The notes under the pieces are model-generated. The model was not told where the DNA came from. It ran no database searches and saw only the letters and a program-made list of their open reading frames with translations. Source: a virus. Taken from it: 52,629 nt of DNA. Where the stretch lies: positions 1 through 52,629 of the IMG/VR virus record IMGVR_UViG_3300009494_000004; one strand, 5' to 3'. Every line of letters starts with the position of its first letter. Position 1 is the first letter of the stretch. The position numbers and the translations under genes were made by a program. Positions 16,531 through 25,688 of the stretch are shown in pieces.

Positions 16531-18074
16531 GCCATGAATCCCCTTTGCGCGTCTTTGTCGTCTTTTCTTCGTTTTTTCTCCATTTCAAATAGGAGTTTTT
16601 TTAGCCGCTCGAAAAGCGCGACGTCAAATAGAAAAAGTTTGCGTTTCACGTCTCCAGCGATATGTCCGGTCGCCGACATCGTATCCAAGCGCCTTTGCGT
16701 AGTATGGCCAGTCGCGTCTACGGCGTCCGAACGTTTTTGCAGCGTATGGCCTGTCACGTCAATGCTGTCTTCTCGCGTTTCTGGTGATGGAGGCGGCGAA
16801 GGACTTGGCGATGGACTTGGCGAAGGCGCTGATTCGACGTGGCCTGTCGCGTCCATAATGTCCGACCGCCCCTGTAGAATGTGGCCTATCGCGTCTATGG
16901 CGTCCGAGCGTTCCTGCAACACGTGGCCTGTCGCGTCCATAATGTCCGACCGCCCCTGTAGAATGTGGCCTATCGCGTCTATGGCGTCCGAGCGTTCCTG
17001 CAACACGTGGCCTGTCGCGTCCATAATGTCCGACCGCCCCTGATGCACCGTCGTACTTATGAACGATGAGTCGTCATTAACGCGAATACCGAATATTCCA
17101 AGCCCGACTCCTGTGTGGGAATACTGAAAGTCGAGCCTTAATCTATTACTACGCATTCCCGCCGTCCAGTCCTTTCCAGCGATTTCCAATATAAATGGCG
17201 TCATGTCGTACCAAGGAGCGTCTTTCCATTCACTCCAGTCCGAATACTCAAGCGGCGTACCGTCATTTGATATCCGTGTTATACGAACACGAAGATGCAA
17301 ACCGCTGGCCGCGTCGCCATACGGTTTTATGGTGACGATCCAGGGACCGGTCTCCCAATCATCGTTATACGGATCGTTCGCTTCCGTATAGAAATACGAC
17401 GTTTCGGTCTCACCAGGATTGACAGTAGACATCAACTCCGTCATCCCGTCGGTGACGCGCAACAACTTCTTGTCGAAATCGTCGCCGGGTTCCTCTAAAT
17501 CCGAATTTGAGTCGGTGAGTATGAGTTTCGGTTCCGTGAATAGCGGAGCTACATGACCTATCGCGTTTATTTCGGCGAAGTACGGACTATATGTCACCTT
17601 AACGTATATTTGTGTACATTTTATATTATTTCCCATTTTAGAGCCACCCCCTGATGACGACTCTACGCCGATCTGTAGAGTGCCGAGGTCCGTCCAGTGC
17701 CAATTGCCGCCGTTCGGCCTGGAGAGTTCTTGTGTATATTCCGCCCAGCTTCCGGTCAACGTCTCCGTGGAGCCGTGCGTCATAGCGCCGTTGAGGTATA
17801 CCAATGGCGCTATTTTTCCGCTTCCCTCGTTTAACCTGCCCCAGAATACGACCTCAATTTTTTCGACGTGCTGCGTTCCGTGCGTCCAACTATCTAACGT
17901 AAATATGTCACATTCATTTGAACCGTTTGGTATCGTCACTCCGTCATCGTCAATACATGTTGTATTGCCGTCCTGTGTTATCTCGTCTACCTGTTCCCAG
18001 TGTGCAGCAAATAGCGGAAAGTCCCATCCGGTAGCCGCGCCGACTCCGTTTGGCCTCAATATCTGGATTGACAC
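16527..18074 (-). CDS. Virion-associated protein with an N-terminal beta-rich domain and a C-terminal array of eight 14-aa repeats split by a PS linker
   Basis: GTG start with GGGAG upstream. The C-terminus reads (G/E/K/R)RSD.(M/I/V)DA.GH.LQ eight times, with APSPSPSPSPSPPPSPE in the middle. Confidence 0.6.
   Translation of the reverse strand: MSIQILRPNGVGAATGWDFPLFAAHWEQVDEITQDGNTTCIDDDGVTIPNGSNECDIFTLDSWTHGTQHVEKIEVVFWGRLNEGSGKIAPLVYLNGAMTHGSTETLTGSWAEYTQELSRPNGGNWHWTDLGTLQIGVESSSGGGSKMGNNIKCTQIYVKVTYSPYFAEINAIGHVAPLFTEPKLILTDSNSDLEEPGDDFDKKLLRVTDGMTELMSTVNPGETETSYFYTEANDPYNDDWETGPWIVTIKPYGDAASGLHLRVRITRISNDGTPLEYSDWSEWKDAPWYDMTPFILEIAGKDWTAGMRSNRLRLDFQYSHTGVGLGIFGIRVNDDSSFISTTVHQGRSDIMDATGHVLQERSDAIDAIGHILQGRSDIMDATGHVLQERSDAIDAIGHILQGRSDIMDATGHVESAPSPSPSPSPSPPPSPETREDSIDVTGHTLQKRSDAVDATGHTTQRRLDTMSATGHIAGDVKRKLFLFDVALFERLKKLLFEMEKKRRKDDKDAQRGFMA
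16837..17042 (-). repeat. Perfect 84-bp tandem repeat, 2.45 copies, inside CDS 16527..18074
   Basis: 16837..16920 equals 16921..17004, which equals 17005..17042 (partial copy), read base by base. Confidence 0.9.
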
Positions 18075-18080
18075 GAGACG

Positions 18081-18866
18081 TCACTCCCATTCCGGCGACG
18101 GATTTTCGTAATCATGCACGACATAATCTCGTTTTGAAGTCAATTTGATCCATTTCCATTCAACATCGCTGACGAACGACCCAGTCTTAACGGTTCCGCG
18201 CGTATACGCCGAGTTGGTATGCGAGAACCCAAATAGGTCACCGTCTTTCCAATAGTAGTCGTGTGTCACTAACCGTGCTCGCGGATATCCAGGGTGCCCC
18301 CTTTTGAAGAACAGTAGAACAACCTGGACGTCTTCGTCTGGCATGTCTTCCCACGTTCCCTGCCGCGCTGTTCTTATGATAGCGTCCTTATAGTATATTT
18401 TCCAATAGGCCACGCCGCGTACGGCGTTGACAAGCGCTTGGTCTTGCGCGTAATCGGTGACCCACTTCCAGGTGCCATCCGGTTTCACGGCCATAAACAT
18501 TTTTACTCGCTGTCCGCCAACTATTTGCACGTCGACGCCGATTCCGGTAAACAGAAGAACCGGCGAAAGACCCGGCGACGGGTCAGGAGACGTATTCAGA
18601 TCCGTCGACCACCGCTTGAACGCTACAAAATCTGCGTCTTCGTAATTCAGCCGCAGCGGCCAAGGCGCTATGATTCCGTTTACGGACATGAATCCGTTCA
18701 CGAAATTTAGCTTGCAGCGCATCTGTCCGTCCTGCACCCACGTCAGTGTCAACAGGTGCGCGGGGTGGTTTATGATAACCTGACGTATGTAGTCCCTGCG
18801 TGTGATTATGGTGCCGTCGTCCATCACAGCGAGCCAAAACTCCGTCTCTTTCGTCTTGAACTGCAT
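18081..18866 (-). CDS. Hypothetical protein (structural module)
   Basis: 261-aa ORF with no motif I recognise. Confidence 0.5.
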   Translation of the reverse strand: MQFKTKETEFWLAVMDDGTIITRRDYIRQVIINHPAHLLTLTWVQDGQMRCKLNFVNGFMSVNGIIAPWPLRLNYEDADFVAFKRWSTDLNTSPDPSPGLSPVLLFTGIGVDVQIVGGQRVKMFMAVKPDGTWKWVTDYAQDQALVNAVRGVAYWKIYYKDAIIRTARQGTWEDMPDEDVQVVLLFFKRGHPGYPRARLVTHDYYWKDGDLFGFSHTNSAYTRGTVKTGSFVSDVEWKWIKLTSKRDYVVHDYENPSPEWE

Positions 18867-18872
18867 AATCTT

Positions 18873-19364
18873 TTACGATACGTCGTACAACAGGGTTATC
18901 GTCAGCGTGTTCAGCGCGCCGGGCGGTGTGGTCGCGCCGGTCTGCCTTTGCATTCTCATGTAGTCACTTTCACCATCCGCCCCAAGGACACCTGTTCCAG
19001 ATCCGTTAAGACCAAGATTTTGGCTACCTGGCTCGGATACCGGAATATCGCTATCGCCGGAATCGCTTTCTGATGGCGTACTGTACGACACGGCGATACC
19101 GAGACACTTTAACGCTTCGGCGGTTTTGTAATTGCCTGCACTTTTGTATACTTTTGTATTCGCTATTTCCGTTATGCCTTCGGACGCCATGCCGGTGAAC
19201 TCCGCCTTAAGGAACTTCTCGAAGCTGTTGTCGCCCGCCGTTATCTTATTGTTGGCGGGCGTGAGGTCCGCCTCGTCCGCGCTGCCGAAAGCAATATCAG
19301 TAATATCCGCTGATTTTGTCTCAAGCGCGCTATTATATTCGTTCCACGTAATTACCAGTGCCAT
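18873..19364 (-). CDS. Hypothetical structural protein
   Basis: 163-aa ORF with an AAGAGG Shine-Dalgarno. Confidence 0.5.
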   Translation of the reverse strand: MALVITWNEYNSALETKSADITDIAFGSADEADLTPANNKITAGDNSFEKFLKAEFTGMASEGITEIANTKVYKSAGNYKTAEALKCLGIAVSYSTPSESDSGDSDIPVSEPGSQNLGLNGSGTGVLGADGESDYMRMQRQTGATTPPGALNTLTITLLYDVS

Positions 19365-19379
19365 CTTATTACCTCTTTA

Positions 19380-19961
19380 CTACCACACCGTTTTGTACCG
19401 ACGCGCCGTTTTTACGGCCATTTCCGGCAGTTTGTCTCTATAATGGAATTTTTGCTCTCCGTCACTTTGAATTAACACACCTTGACGGTCGGCTTCGTTG
19501 ACGATATGCTTCGCGAGTTGGTAGCACGCAAGCTTGAGGTCATCAGGGTAATCGGTGTCGAAACCGTACTCGAACGTAACGCGAATATTCCGCCATCCCT
19601 TGCGAAATTTATGTCCGTTCGTGAAGTATACGCAATTCGAGCCAGGGATAAACGAATACGGATAAGACGTGGAGTCGTATTCCTCCCACGCCGATCCATT
19701 CCAGTATTCTATTTTCGACACGTCTAAAATTGGCGCGTCTTTCGTCCAGATACGGCATGTTTCCTTACCGTTCAGAATTTCCACGTTGTCTAACGGACTC
19801 GGTAGCGGAGATACTCCGTAAATCGCAAACGTTCGCCCTCCGGCTTCCTTCTCGATCACTCCTATCGCAAGGTCTATGGCCGCCTCTATCTGCTCCTCGT
19901 TTTCTGTCGGACTCGGCAGGCCGTCGTATATTTCATAATCGTCAATTGTGATAATTGCCAT
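19380..19961 (-). CDS. Head-tail connector (gp6-like) candidate
   Basis: N-terminus MAIITIDDYEIY...ENEEQIEAAIDLAIGVIE resembles gp6-type connector/adaptor proteins. It lies downstream of the capsid gene. Confidence 0.5.
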   Translation of the reverse strand: MAIITIDDYEIYDGLPSPTENEEQIEAAIDLAIGVIEKEAGGRTFAIYGVSPLPSPLDNVEILNGKETCRIWTKDAPILDVSKIEYWNGSAWEEYDSTSYPYSFIPGSNCVYFTNGHKFRKGWRNIRVTFEYGFDTDYPDDLKLACYQLAKHIVNEADRQGVLIQSDGEQKFHYRDKLPEMAVKTARRYKTVW

Positions 19962-20053
19962 TTCGGTTCTCTTTCTATATGACGCGACGGGACGGAAGCT
20001 TTACTTTCGGCGCGCCGATTTCGGCTTCCGTGTTTCCGTCGGTCATCGCGTCA

Positions 20054-20878
20054 TTAAGCGTCCAAGTCATTCGACTTCTGATAAAACACGAGAAGTTCCG
20101 CGCCTGCCATATCTACAGGTGACGGATCGGTAAGAGCCGAGTCGTCTATCGCAAGTGTAGCATCAGAATCTACAGTCGTATAGTACGCTATTTCGCCAAG
20201 CAGGTCGCCATCGGTTTCGTCGAACACGGCCACAACAAGCGGCACGTCCTCAGCGAGGATGTCAGCCAACGTTGCGTACGACGGATGCACGTCTCCCGAA
20301 GCGTCAATGTTCGAAAGGCCGAACTGTAGGTTCATCGCGGAAAAACCGCGCGGACCTGATAGGTCCATCCACACGACAAATATCCGCTGGCCGGAGGTAT
20401 CATTTGTCGCGATCTTAATCTCATCGGCGTCCGTAATGGTTGTTTTGTCCGTCTGATCGGTCCATGCGCCGGTTGTGGTATGCACGGACACGCTACAAAT
20501 CAGAACATCGGTCATTGATATGCCGGTGACCGCAATTGCCGTCGCGGCTGTAGTACCATCACCGTCACCAGCGAGCACCATCGGCGAAGCAACCTGTTGA
20601 CCCGCGTCACGCGCCATCCACCATACGGCAATAACGTCATTAGCCGACGCGGGCACCGTGATTTTGCCGCCCGCAATAATCGCGGATGCGGCGGTTCGGT
20701 CGGTTTTATCGTTGGTTGTTTCGGCAAGTTCAATACAACCGATGATAACGTCGTTTTCCGTGATGGCGGTTCCGTCTTTGGCTGCGGTAGCAATACCAGC
20801 CGTAGCCGAATCAGCCGCGCCAGCAAGGATAGCGAATTTAATCAGGCCTGCTCTTGTGGCCCTTGTCATTCCACCCAA
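20054..20878 (-). CDS. Hypothetical Ala/Thr/Asp-rich protein directly after the capsid gene (possible decoration protein)
   Basis: TTG start with AAGGAG at 6 nt. The assignment is positional only. Confidence 0.4.
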   Translation of the reverse strand: MGGMTRATRAGLIKFAILAGAADSATAGIATAAKDGTAITENDVIIGCIELAETTNDKTDRTAASAIIAGGKITVPASANDVIAVWWMARDAGQQVASPMVLAGDGDGTTAATAIAVTGISMTDVLICSVSVHTTTGAWTDQTDKTTITDADEIKIATNDTSGQRIFVVWMDLSGPRGFSAMNLQFGLSNIDASGDVHPSYATLADILAEDVPLVVAVFDETDGDLLGEIAYYTTVDSDATLAIDDSALTDPSPVDMAGAELLVFYQKSNDLDA

Positions 20879-20904
20879 TTCAGGCTCCTTTTATCATTTA
20901 CAAA

Positions 20905-20929
20905 CGGACGGCGCTTTCGACACCGTCCG
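20905..20929 (-). terminator. Stem-loop after the capsid gene (candidate partial terminator)
   Basis: The minus-strand RNA reads CGGACGG-UGUCGAAAGCG-CCGUCCG followed by UUUGUAAAUGAUAAAAGG. Confidence 0.4.
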
Positions 20930-20960
20930 CTGTTTGTTTGCAAGTTCAATAGCGGTCCGC

Positions 20961-23078
20961 TTAGGCGGTATGCTGCATGTTGTACATGTAGACAACCGGC
21001 ACGATCGCGTCGGCGCAAATTTTACCGAAGTCCCAACGTGCGGTCGCGACAAACTGCTGCTGCTGAGTCAAGATATTCTTGTTGTACTCAAGTGTAACAC
21101 CACGCCGCGCGGCAACACGGAAAGATGGCTTATGAGCACAGACCATAGCGGTATGCTTGGTATCCGTGGCGTTATGACGGATGCCGGTACTCTGAAGCTG
21201 CTCGTCGAACTGACCGGAGATGTAAATCTCAGAACCGTCGATGTTCGGTAGCACACCAGACAGCATATAGGCAAGAACACCAAGAGCGTCTTCTTTATAC
21301 AGCGCCTGCTGTACCTGAGTACGGCCTTTGATACCAGTGATATAAATGCAGTCTGCCGGTTTGAGACCGGCGACTCCCATATCACCCTTTGCGTCGGTGA
21401 AGTTGACCAACTCAAGCGCGTTTACGCCGGTAGTTGCGGACGAAGTTTCAATGTCACGACCTTTGGCAGTCGCCAGCTTGCGCAAACCCTTGAAAGACGT
21501 CTCCACGTTGTACGTTTCGTACACGGTGGTATCGGTATTATCAAAGTGAGCGCCAACAGTGTCATCACCGTTGATGATTGCGGATTCGAGACCTTCAAGC
21601 AGAGCCGTCGCCAATTCGCCACGGATGAATGAAATCATGTCAAGAATAGTATCTTCGGTCAACTCTTCGGAAGCGACAAGCGCGCCGATGAACAAGTCGG
21701 GAGTGAAAGTCTTCGCTCCAGTGGCGATATTGGTCTTGCGCGCCTCTTCGGCGTTGTCGACCAGAGCCTCGCCGCCCTTGTAGACGACGGCTTTGCCGTT
21801 CTGGAACGGATAGTTCGCCGACCCGCCTTTGGGCATATTCCACAACGGGAACTTATTCGCCAACGCAGGCTGTGTACGCAAATACTCGCTGAATTCGGAC
21901 GACATATCCGACGGCAGCCATTCGGCCCCGTAGCCGGTATTCCCGCCCGCCATAGCAAGGGCGACGTCGGCGTCGAATTCCCCGACAGCGGAAACCAGCT
22001 GCTTGAACAGCTTGTTCTTCTGGATATTGTAGACAGAGCGGTTGCGATAGCGCATCATCGCGTCGGAGATCAGCACGGCGTCATGCAGGTCGCGAAGGTT
22101 CTTCAGCTCGTACCCGGCCTCCATCTTGTCGTAGTCGACGGGCATCTGGAAAAGACAGTAAGCCTTCTGCGCAATATTGCCGAGCTTATTGCCGTCATCG
22201 TCGGTCAGCCAGACGAACTCCTTAATCAGGGAACGGTAGTCCTTGAAGGCGAGCTTGCTGTCGGTGACGGACTTGGCGGCCTTCGCGGCGACTAATTCCG
22301 TACGGACAGATTCGAGTTCGGTTGCCATAGCCTCAAGACGCTCGGCAAACTCGGTTTTCGTGATCGAATCAGTTGACAGCTTGGTCTGCGTTTCGCGAAT
22401 TTCATTGTAAAGGTTCTGGAGGCCGCTGACCTCACCGGTCAGGCGCTCCTGCTCGCCGAGGAATTTTTCGGCGTCGAACTGGTTTTTGTTTTCGTTTGTG
22501 TCTGCCAACTTTTTGCTCCTTATAGCTAAGTCGGTTATTTTGTTTTCGTCTTTGTTTTCGTCAGTATTCCGTACTTCGTATACGGCGCGTGAGTCCGCGC
22601 CAATATTGACGAGGGACACTTCTTTTAGCCGTCCCATCGTAACTGTGACGACGTCCGTCTCCTTGTTGTAGACGTACTCGTCGATGGTGAACCCTATCGA
22701 GAACATTCCAAGAGTACCTTCGCGGATAGACCGTTTAAGTGTCTCGCTGTTTTCTTTCCAAATAAGGCACGTTCCGTACAAACCTTTTTCAGGCACTATT
22801 TTGAACTTTGTCGTTTTGCCGACAGGTTCACTGTACATGTCGTGGAATGCCATCACACGTCCGTTAAATAGTTTTAGACCTTCAGGATGCTTAAATGCAT
22901 TTGCTTTGACGACAAGTCCATGCGACTCAATGAGGCTTTCCGTGACAAACCATCCCTCGATGATAATATCGCCGCTATCCGTTTCGGAAAGCTCGACGGT
23001 TTCGTCGCATACCAGCTTCACGAGTCCAGAATCGCCCTGCAAACGCTCTAACGCCTCCTTGGCCTCGATATTATTCAT
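20961..23078 (-). CDS. Fused prohead protease (HK97/S78-like), coiled-coil scaffold and HK97-fold major capsid protein
   Basis: The N-terminal ~170 aa (IEGWF...AFHD...FSIGF...LKEVSLVNIGADSRA) look like a prohead serine protease. Residues ~190-270 form a heptad-like coiled coil. The C-terminal ~400 aa look like an HK97-type capsid protein. Strong Shine-Dalgarno GAGGAG. Confidence 0.8.
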   Translation of the reverse strand: MNNIEAKEALERLQGDSGLVKLVCDETVELSETDSGDIIIEGWFVTESLIESHGLVVKANAFKHPEGLKLFNGRVMAFHDMYSEPVGKTTKFKIVPEKGLYGTCLIWKENSETLKRSIREGTLGMFSIGFTIDEYVYNKETDVVTVTMGRLKEVSLVNIGADSRAVYEVRNTDENKDENKITDLAIRSKKLADTNENKNQFDAEKFLGEQERLTGEVSGLQNLYNEIRETQTKLSTDSITKTEFAERLEAMATELESVRTELVAAKAAKSVTDSKLAFKDYRSLIKEFVWLTDDDGNKLGNIAQKAYCLFQMPVDYDKMEAGYELKNLRDLHDAVLISDAMMRYRNRSVYNIQKNKLFKQLVSAVGEFDADVALAMAGGNTGYGAEWLPSDMSSEFSEYLRTQPALANKFPLWNMPKGGSANYPFQNGKAVVYKGGEALVDNAEEARKTNIATGAKTFTPDLFIGALVASEELTEDTILDMISFIRGELATALLEGLESAIINGDDTVGAHFDNTDTTVYETYNVETSFKGLRKLATAKGRDIETSSATTGVNALELVNFTDAKGDMGVAGLKPADCIYITGIKGRTQVQQALYKEDALGVLAYMLSGVLPNIDGSEIYISGQFDEQLQSTGIRHNATDTKHTAMVCAHKPSFRVAARRGVTLEYNKNILTQQQQFVATARWDFGKICADAIVPVVYMYNMQHTA

Positions 23079-23124
23079 TTAGTCTCCTCATTTTGACAAA
23101 AGTTTATTATATATTTTTTGCTTA

Positions 23125-24915
23125 TTAATTTTCGCTATGCGTAAATATCAGGTCACGCGCTATCGTTCGAATCCACTGTTGTGTTCGTAATGCGTGGCCA
23201 CGCATTAATGTTGCTGCAAATTCATTCGCGCGTTGCACGGAAAATAAACCACGCACGCGCCGCTCCATTTGGCGGAAGTTAGTGCCGAATCTGTCGGCGT
23301 CGGCTATGATGCCGACCAGCGACTGATTCGTTTGCTTCGCCATCGCGTCGATGTCTATTATGGCGAGCCGCAGCAGGGAGTCTATTTCGTCCGCGTGTTG
23401 TCGGGAGTCAAATGTGAACGGCGACCCGGAAAATGCCTCCATGCCGTCCGCATCGGCCGTTTCCTTGAGTGTCGGTAGTAGTGCGTTTCGCACGCTGCGA
23501 GCAAAGTCGAATTCCGGGAGCGCTCTTTTTCCCTGCCCCTCCGGGTCGATGAGCGCGCGCATAAACGTCCCGTTGGCGGTCATTTTTCCAAGCAACGCGA
23601 TTACGGCGGCGCGCTGCATTTTGAAGACCGTATATAGCGCGTTAGCCGCCTCTTTGCGCTTGCCTTCGTCCTCTTTGCCAGTGTCGTCGCTGTCTCCGTT
23701 GTCATTTGGGTCATCAGGGGCGGCGTCTTCTGATATATCAAGCTGTTCGCGCACGTACTTTGCGGACACGACACCACTTTTTTTCAACTTGATGAGTTTC
23801 TCAACCCGTTCACTGTCGTCGCCTCGAATCGCTGGCACAGAGTCGAGGTTAAATCTGATATAAACGTCCGGGCCGTATAGCGGCCAAATAAACTGTTTAT
23901 TAATACTGTCCTCGATGACCTTTATAATTGGTTTGATCGTATTCAGCCAAAAGTCGAGGTCCTGGGCGAGTGCGTTAGCATAGTTCGAATACTCCAACAC
24001 ACCACCACGGAATGGCGGAAGGCCGTATACACCGAATGTCTTTTCCCGGTTCATCCTAAGCAGCTTATCGAACGCAAGATCCTTATGCCGCTGCTCCGGC
24101 CACTCAAACTTGCCCGCGTATTTGTTGATGAATAATTTGAACGCGCGCTCCGCGCTGCTAATGTCACCTGATATGGCGTCAAGTATCTGCTCGTGCTGGT
24201 CGTCGGAAAGATCGTGGTCAGGCGTAAACATAAGGTTAATTGTCGCACCGTTCTCGAAGAACCGCGAGTTGAACCTGTTGATAAAATGGTCCATCATAAT
24301 TTCTTCGCGAATCGTTGTCACCCTGCCAATACCCCAGAACGGATCGTCCACCTGCATATCGCGGATGTGAATCACGTCGGAGCGCTTGTAGGTTTTCGCG
24401 TGAATTGTATGTTTGCCGAACTTGTAGTATTTTTTGTCTTTCGAGATATCGATGTTTCGCGGGTCGCGCGGCCATATCTCAATTTTTCCGTTTGGTCCGG
24501 TCTGCCGCTCGATTGACAATAATGCGTTGCCGTCGTTAAGGTACGACTTTACGATGTGGTCAACGACGTCACTCCACGAATGCTCCGGGTTCGGATTCTG
24601 TAGAACCTGGTTCGCCTCGTGGTCGTTGTCGCCCACCTCACGTCTTACGCCGCCCGATACCTCGGCTGTCATCACATCAACGGGAAGTCCCTTGATCGCG
24701 TCGGAAATAGCGCGCGTCGCGATATATATGTTGGCGTTGACCTTCGGCGCTTCAATGTCGTGTTCGGTCTTCGGGTGCCGCTGTATCCAGTCGCGCGTCC
24801 CGTACTTGCGGTAGACGTCGACATTCCGCAGCCTGTCCTTAAACTCATAGTAGCCTCCGCGTACAGCCTGCACGGCTCGCGCAAGTCTATAGATTATTCC
24901 GCGTTTCATCGCCAA
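23125..24915 (-). CDS. Portal protein (HK97-family) with an extended C-terminal domain
   Basis: 596 aa, located between the terminase region and the capsid gene, with the conserved-looking portal core (NPNPEHSW, LNDGNALL, FENGA). An alternative ATG at 24909 is ATGA-coupled. Confidence 0.75.
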   Translation of the reverse strand: MAMKRGIIYRLARAVQAVRGGYYEFKDRLRNVDVYRKYGTRDWIQRHPKTEHDIEAPKVNANIYIATRAISDAIKGLPVDVMTAEVSGGVRREVGDNDHEANQVLQNPNPEHSWSDVVDHIVKSYLNDGNALLSIERQTGPNGKIEIWPRDPRNIDISKDKKYYKFGKHTIHAKTYKRSDVIHIRDMQVDDPFWGIGRVTTIREEIMMDHFINRFNSRFFENGATINLMFTPDHDLSDDQHEQILDAISGDISSAERAFKLFINKYAGKFEWPEQRHKDLAFDKLLRMNREKTFGVYGLPPFRGGVLEYSNYANALAQDLDFWLNTIKPIIKVIEDSINKQFIWPLYGPDVYIRFNLDSVPAIRGDDSERVEKLIKLKKSGVVSAKYVREQLDISEDAAPDDPNDNGDSDDTGKEDEGKRKEAANALYTVFKMQRAAVIALLGKMTANGTFMRALIDPEGQGKRALPEFDFARSVRNALLPTLKETADADGMEAFSGSPFTFDSRQHADEIDSLLRLAIIDIDAMAKQTNQSLVGIIADADRFGTNFRQMERRVRGLFSVQRANEFAATLMRGHALRTQQWIRTIARDLIFTHSEN

Positions 24916-25688
24916 GGGGAATCTCCCTTCGTAAAGAATATCTTCGCAATGCCACCTTGCGCAGTGACCTTATTGACATTGATTTCGTCAACAGGGCGCG
25001 CGAACTGCAATCCGTTTGTTGTCATAAATGTAGTCATTTCTTTTATACCATAACCGTATCGTCCGAAATGTTCCCGGTAGTATTCGATAAGCACGAGCAA
25101 CCGATCGTTTGCCTTTATAGTATTTGCCATGCCGTTCATCGCGTTCAGCTCTGCGCCCTCTACGTCTACCTTTACGAAGTCGAGTGTCTTTGGTCCGTTG
25201 TCGGTAGTCGGAATATTGTCTATGGCGATACCGTTACAGGAAGGCGCAGCCGAAAGCTTTTCACCGTTTTTCAACTGAAGGTCGATTTGATTTGTTACGT
25301 AGTGCCTCGCTGGACCGCTGTCCGTATGCAACGCCAATTTTGCGTTTACGTTCCACGCTGCGGCGCATACTGGTACGACGCCGTTTATTCCACGGCTTCT
25401 AAGTAATTCCGCATTCTCACAAAGCGCCTTATAACTGACTGTGTTCGGTTCAAACGCATAAATCACTCCAACGCCATAATGGGTGTACTCGTTGGCGAGA
25501 AATACGGACCAAAGACCAACATGCGCGCCGAGATCGAGTGATACGTGCGCCAGTGTCCCCTTTCCAAACCGCCAGTGGAGGTATTCAGCGACGATGGCCC
25601 TTTCCTTACCTTCATAGTTGGGCAATTCACAAGGTCCGCAACCTTTATAACCGCAAGTCGATAGGCCTGTGTCTTTTAAACATGCCAT
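24906..25688 (-). CDS. FkbM-family SAM-dependent methyltransferase
   Basis: LDLGAHVGLWS...YAFEPN...LDFVKVDVEGAELNAM is the FkbM (Methyltransf_21) pattern. The gene is inserted between terminase and portal. Confidence 0.7.
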   Translation of the reverse strand: MACLKDTGLSTCGYKGCGPCELPNYEGKERAIVAEYLHWRFGKGTLAHVSLDLGAHVGLWSVFLANEYTHYGVGVIYAFEPNTVSYKALCENAELLRSRGINGVVPVCAAAWNVNAKLALHTDSGPARHYVTNQIDLQLKNGEKLSAAPSCNGIAIDNIPTTDNGPKTLDFVKVDVEGAELNAMNGMANTIKANDRLLVLIEYYREHFGRYGYGIKEMTTFMTTNGLQFARPVDEINVNKVTAQGGIAKIFFTKGDSPWR

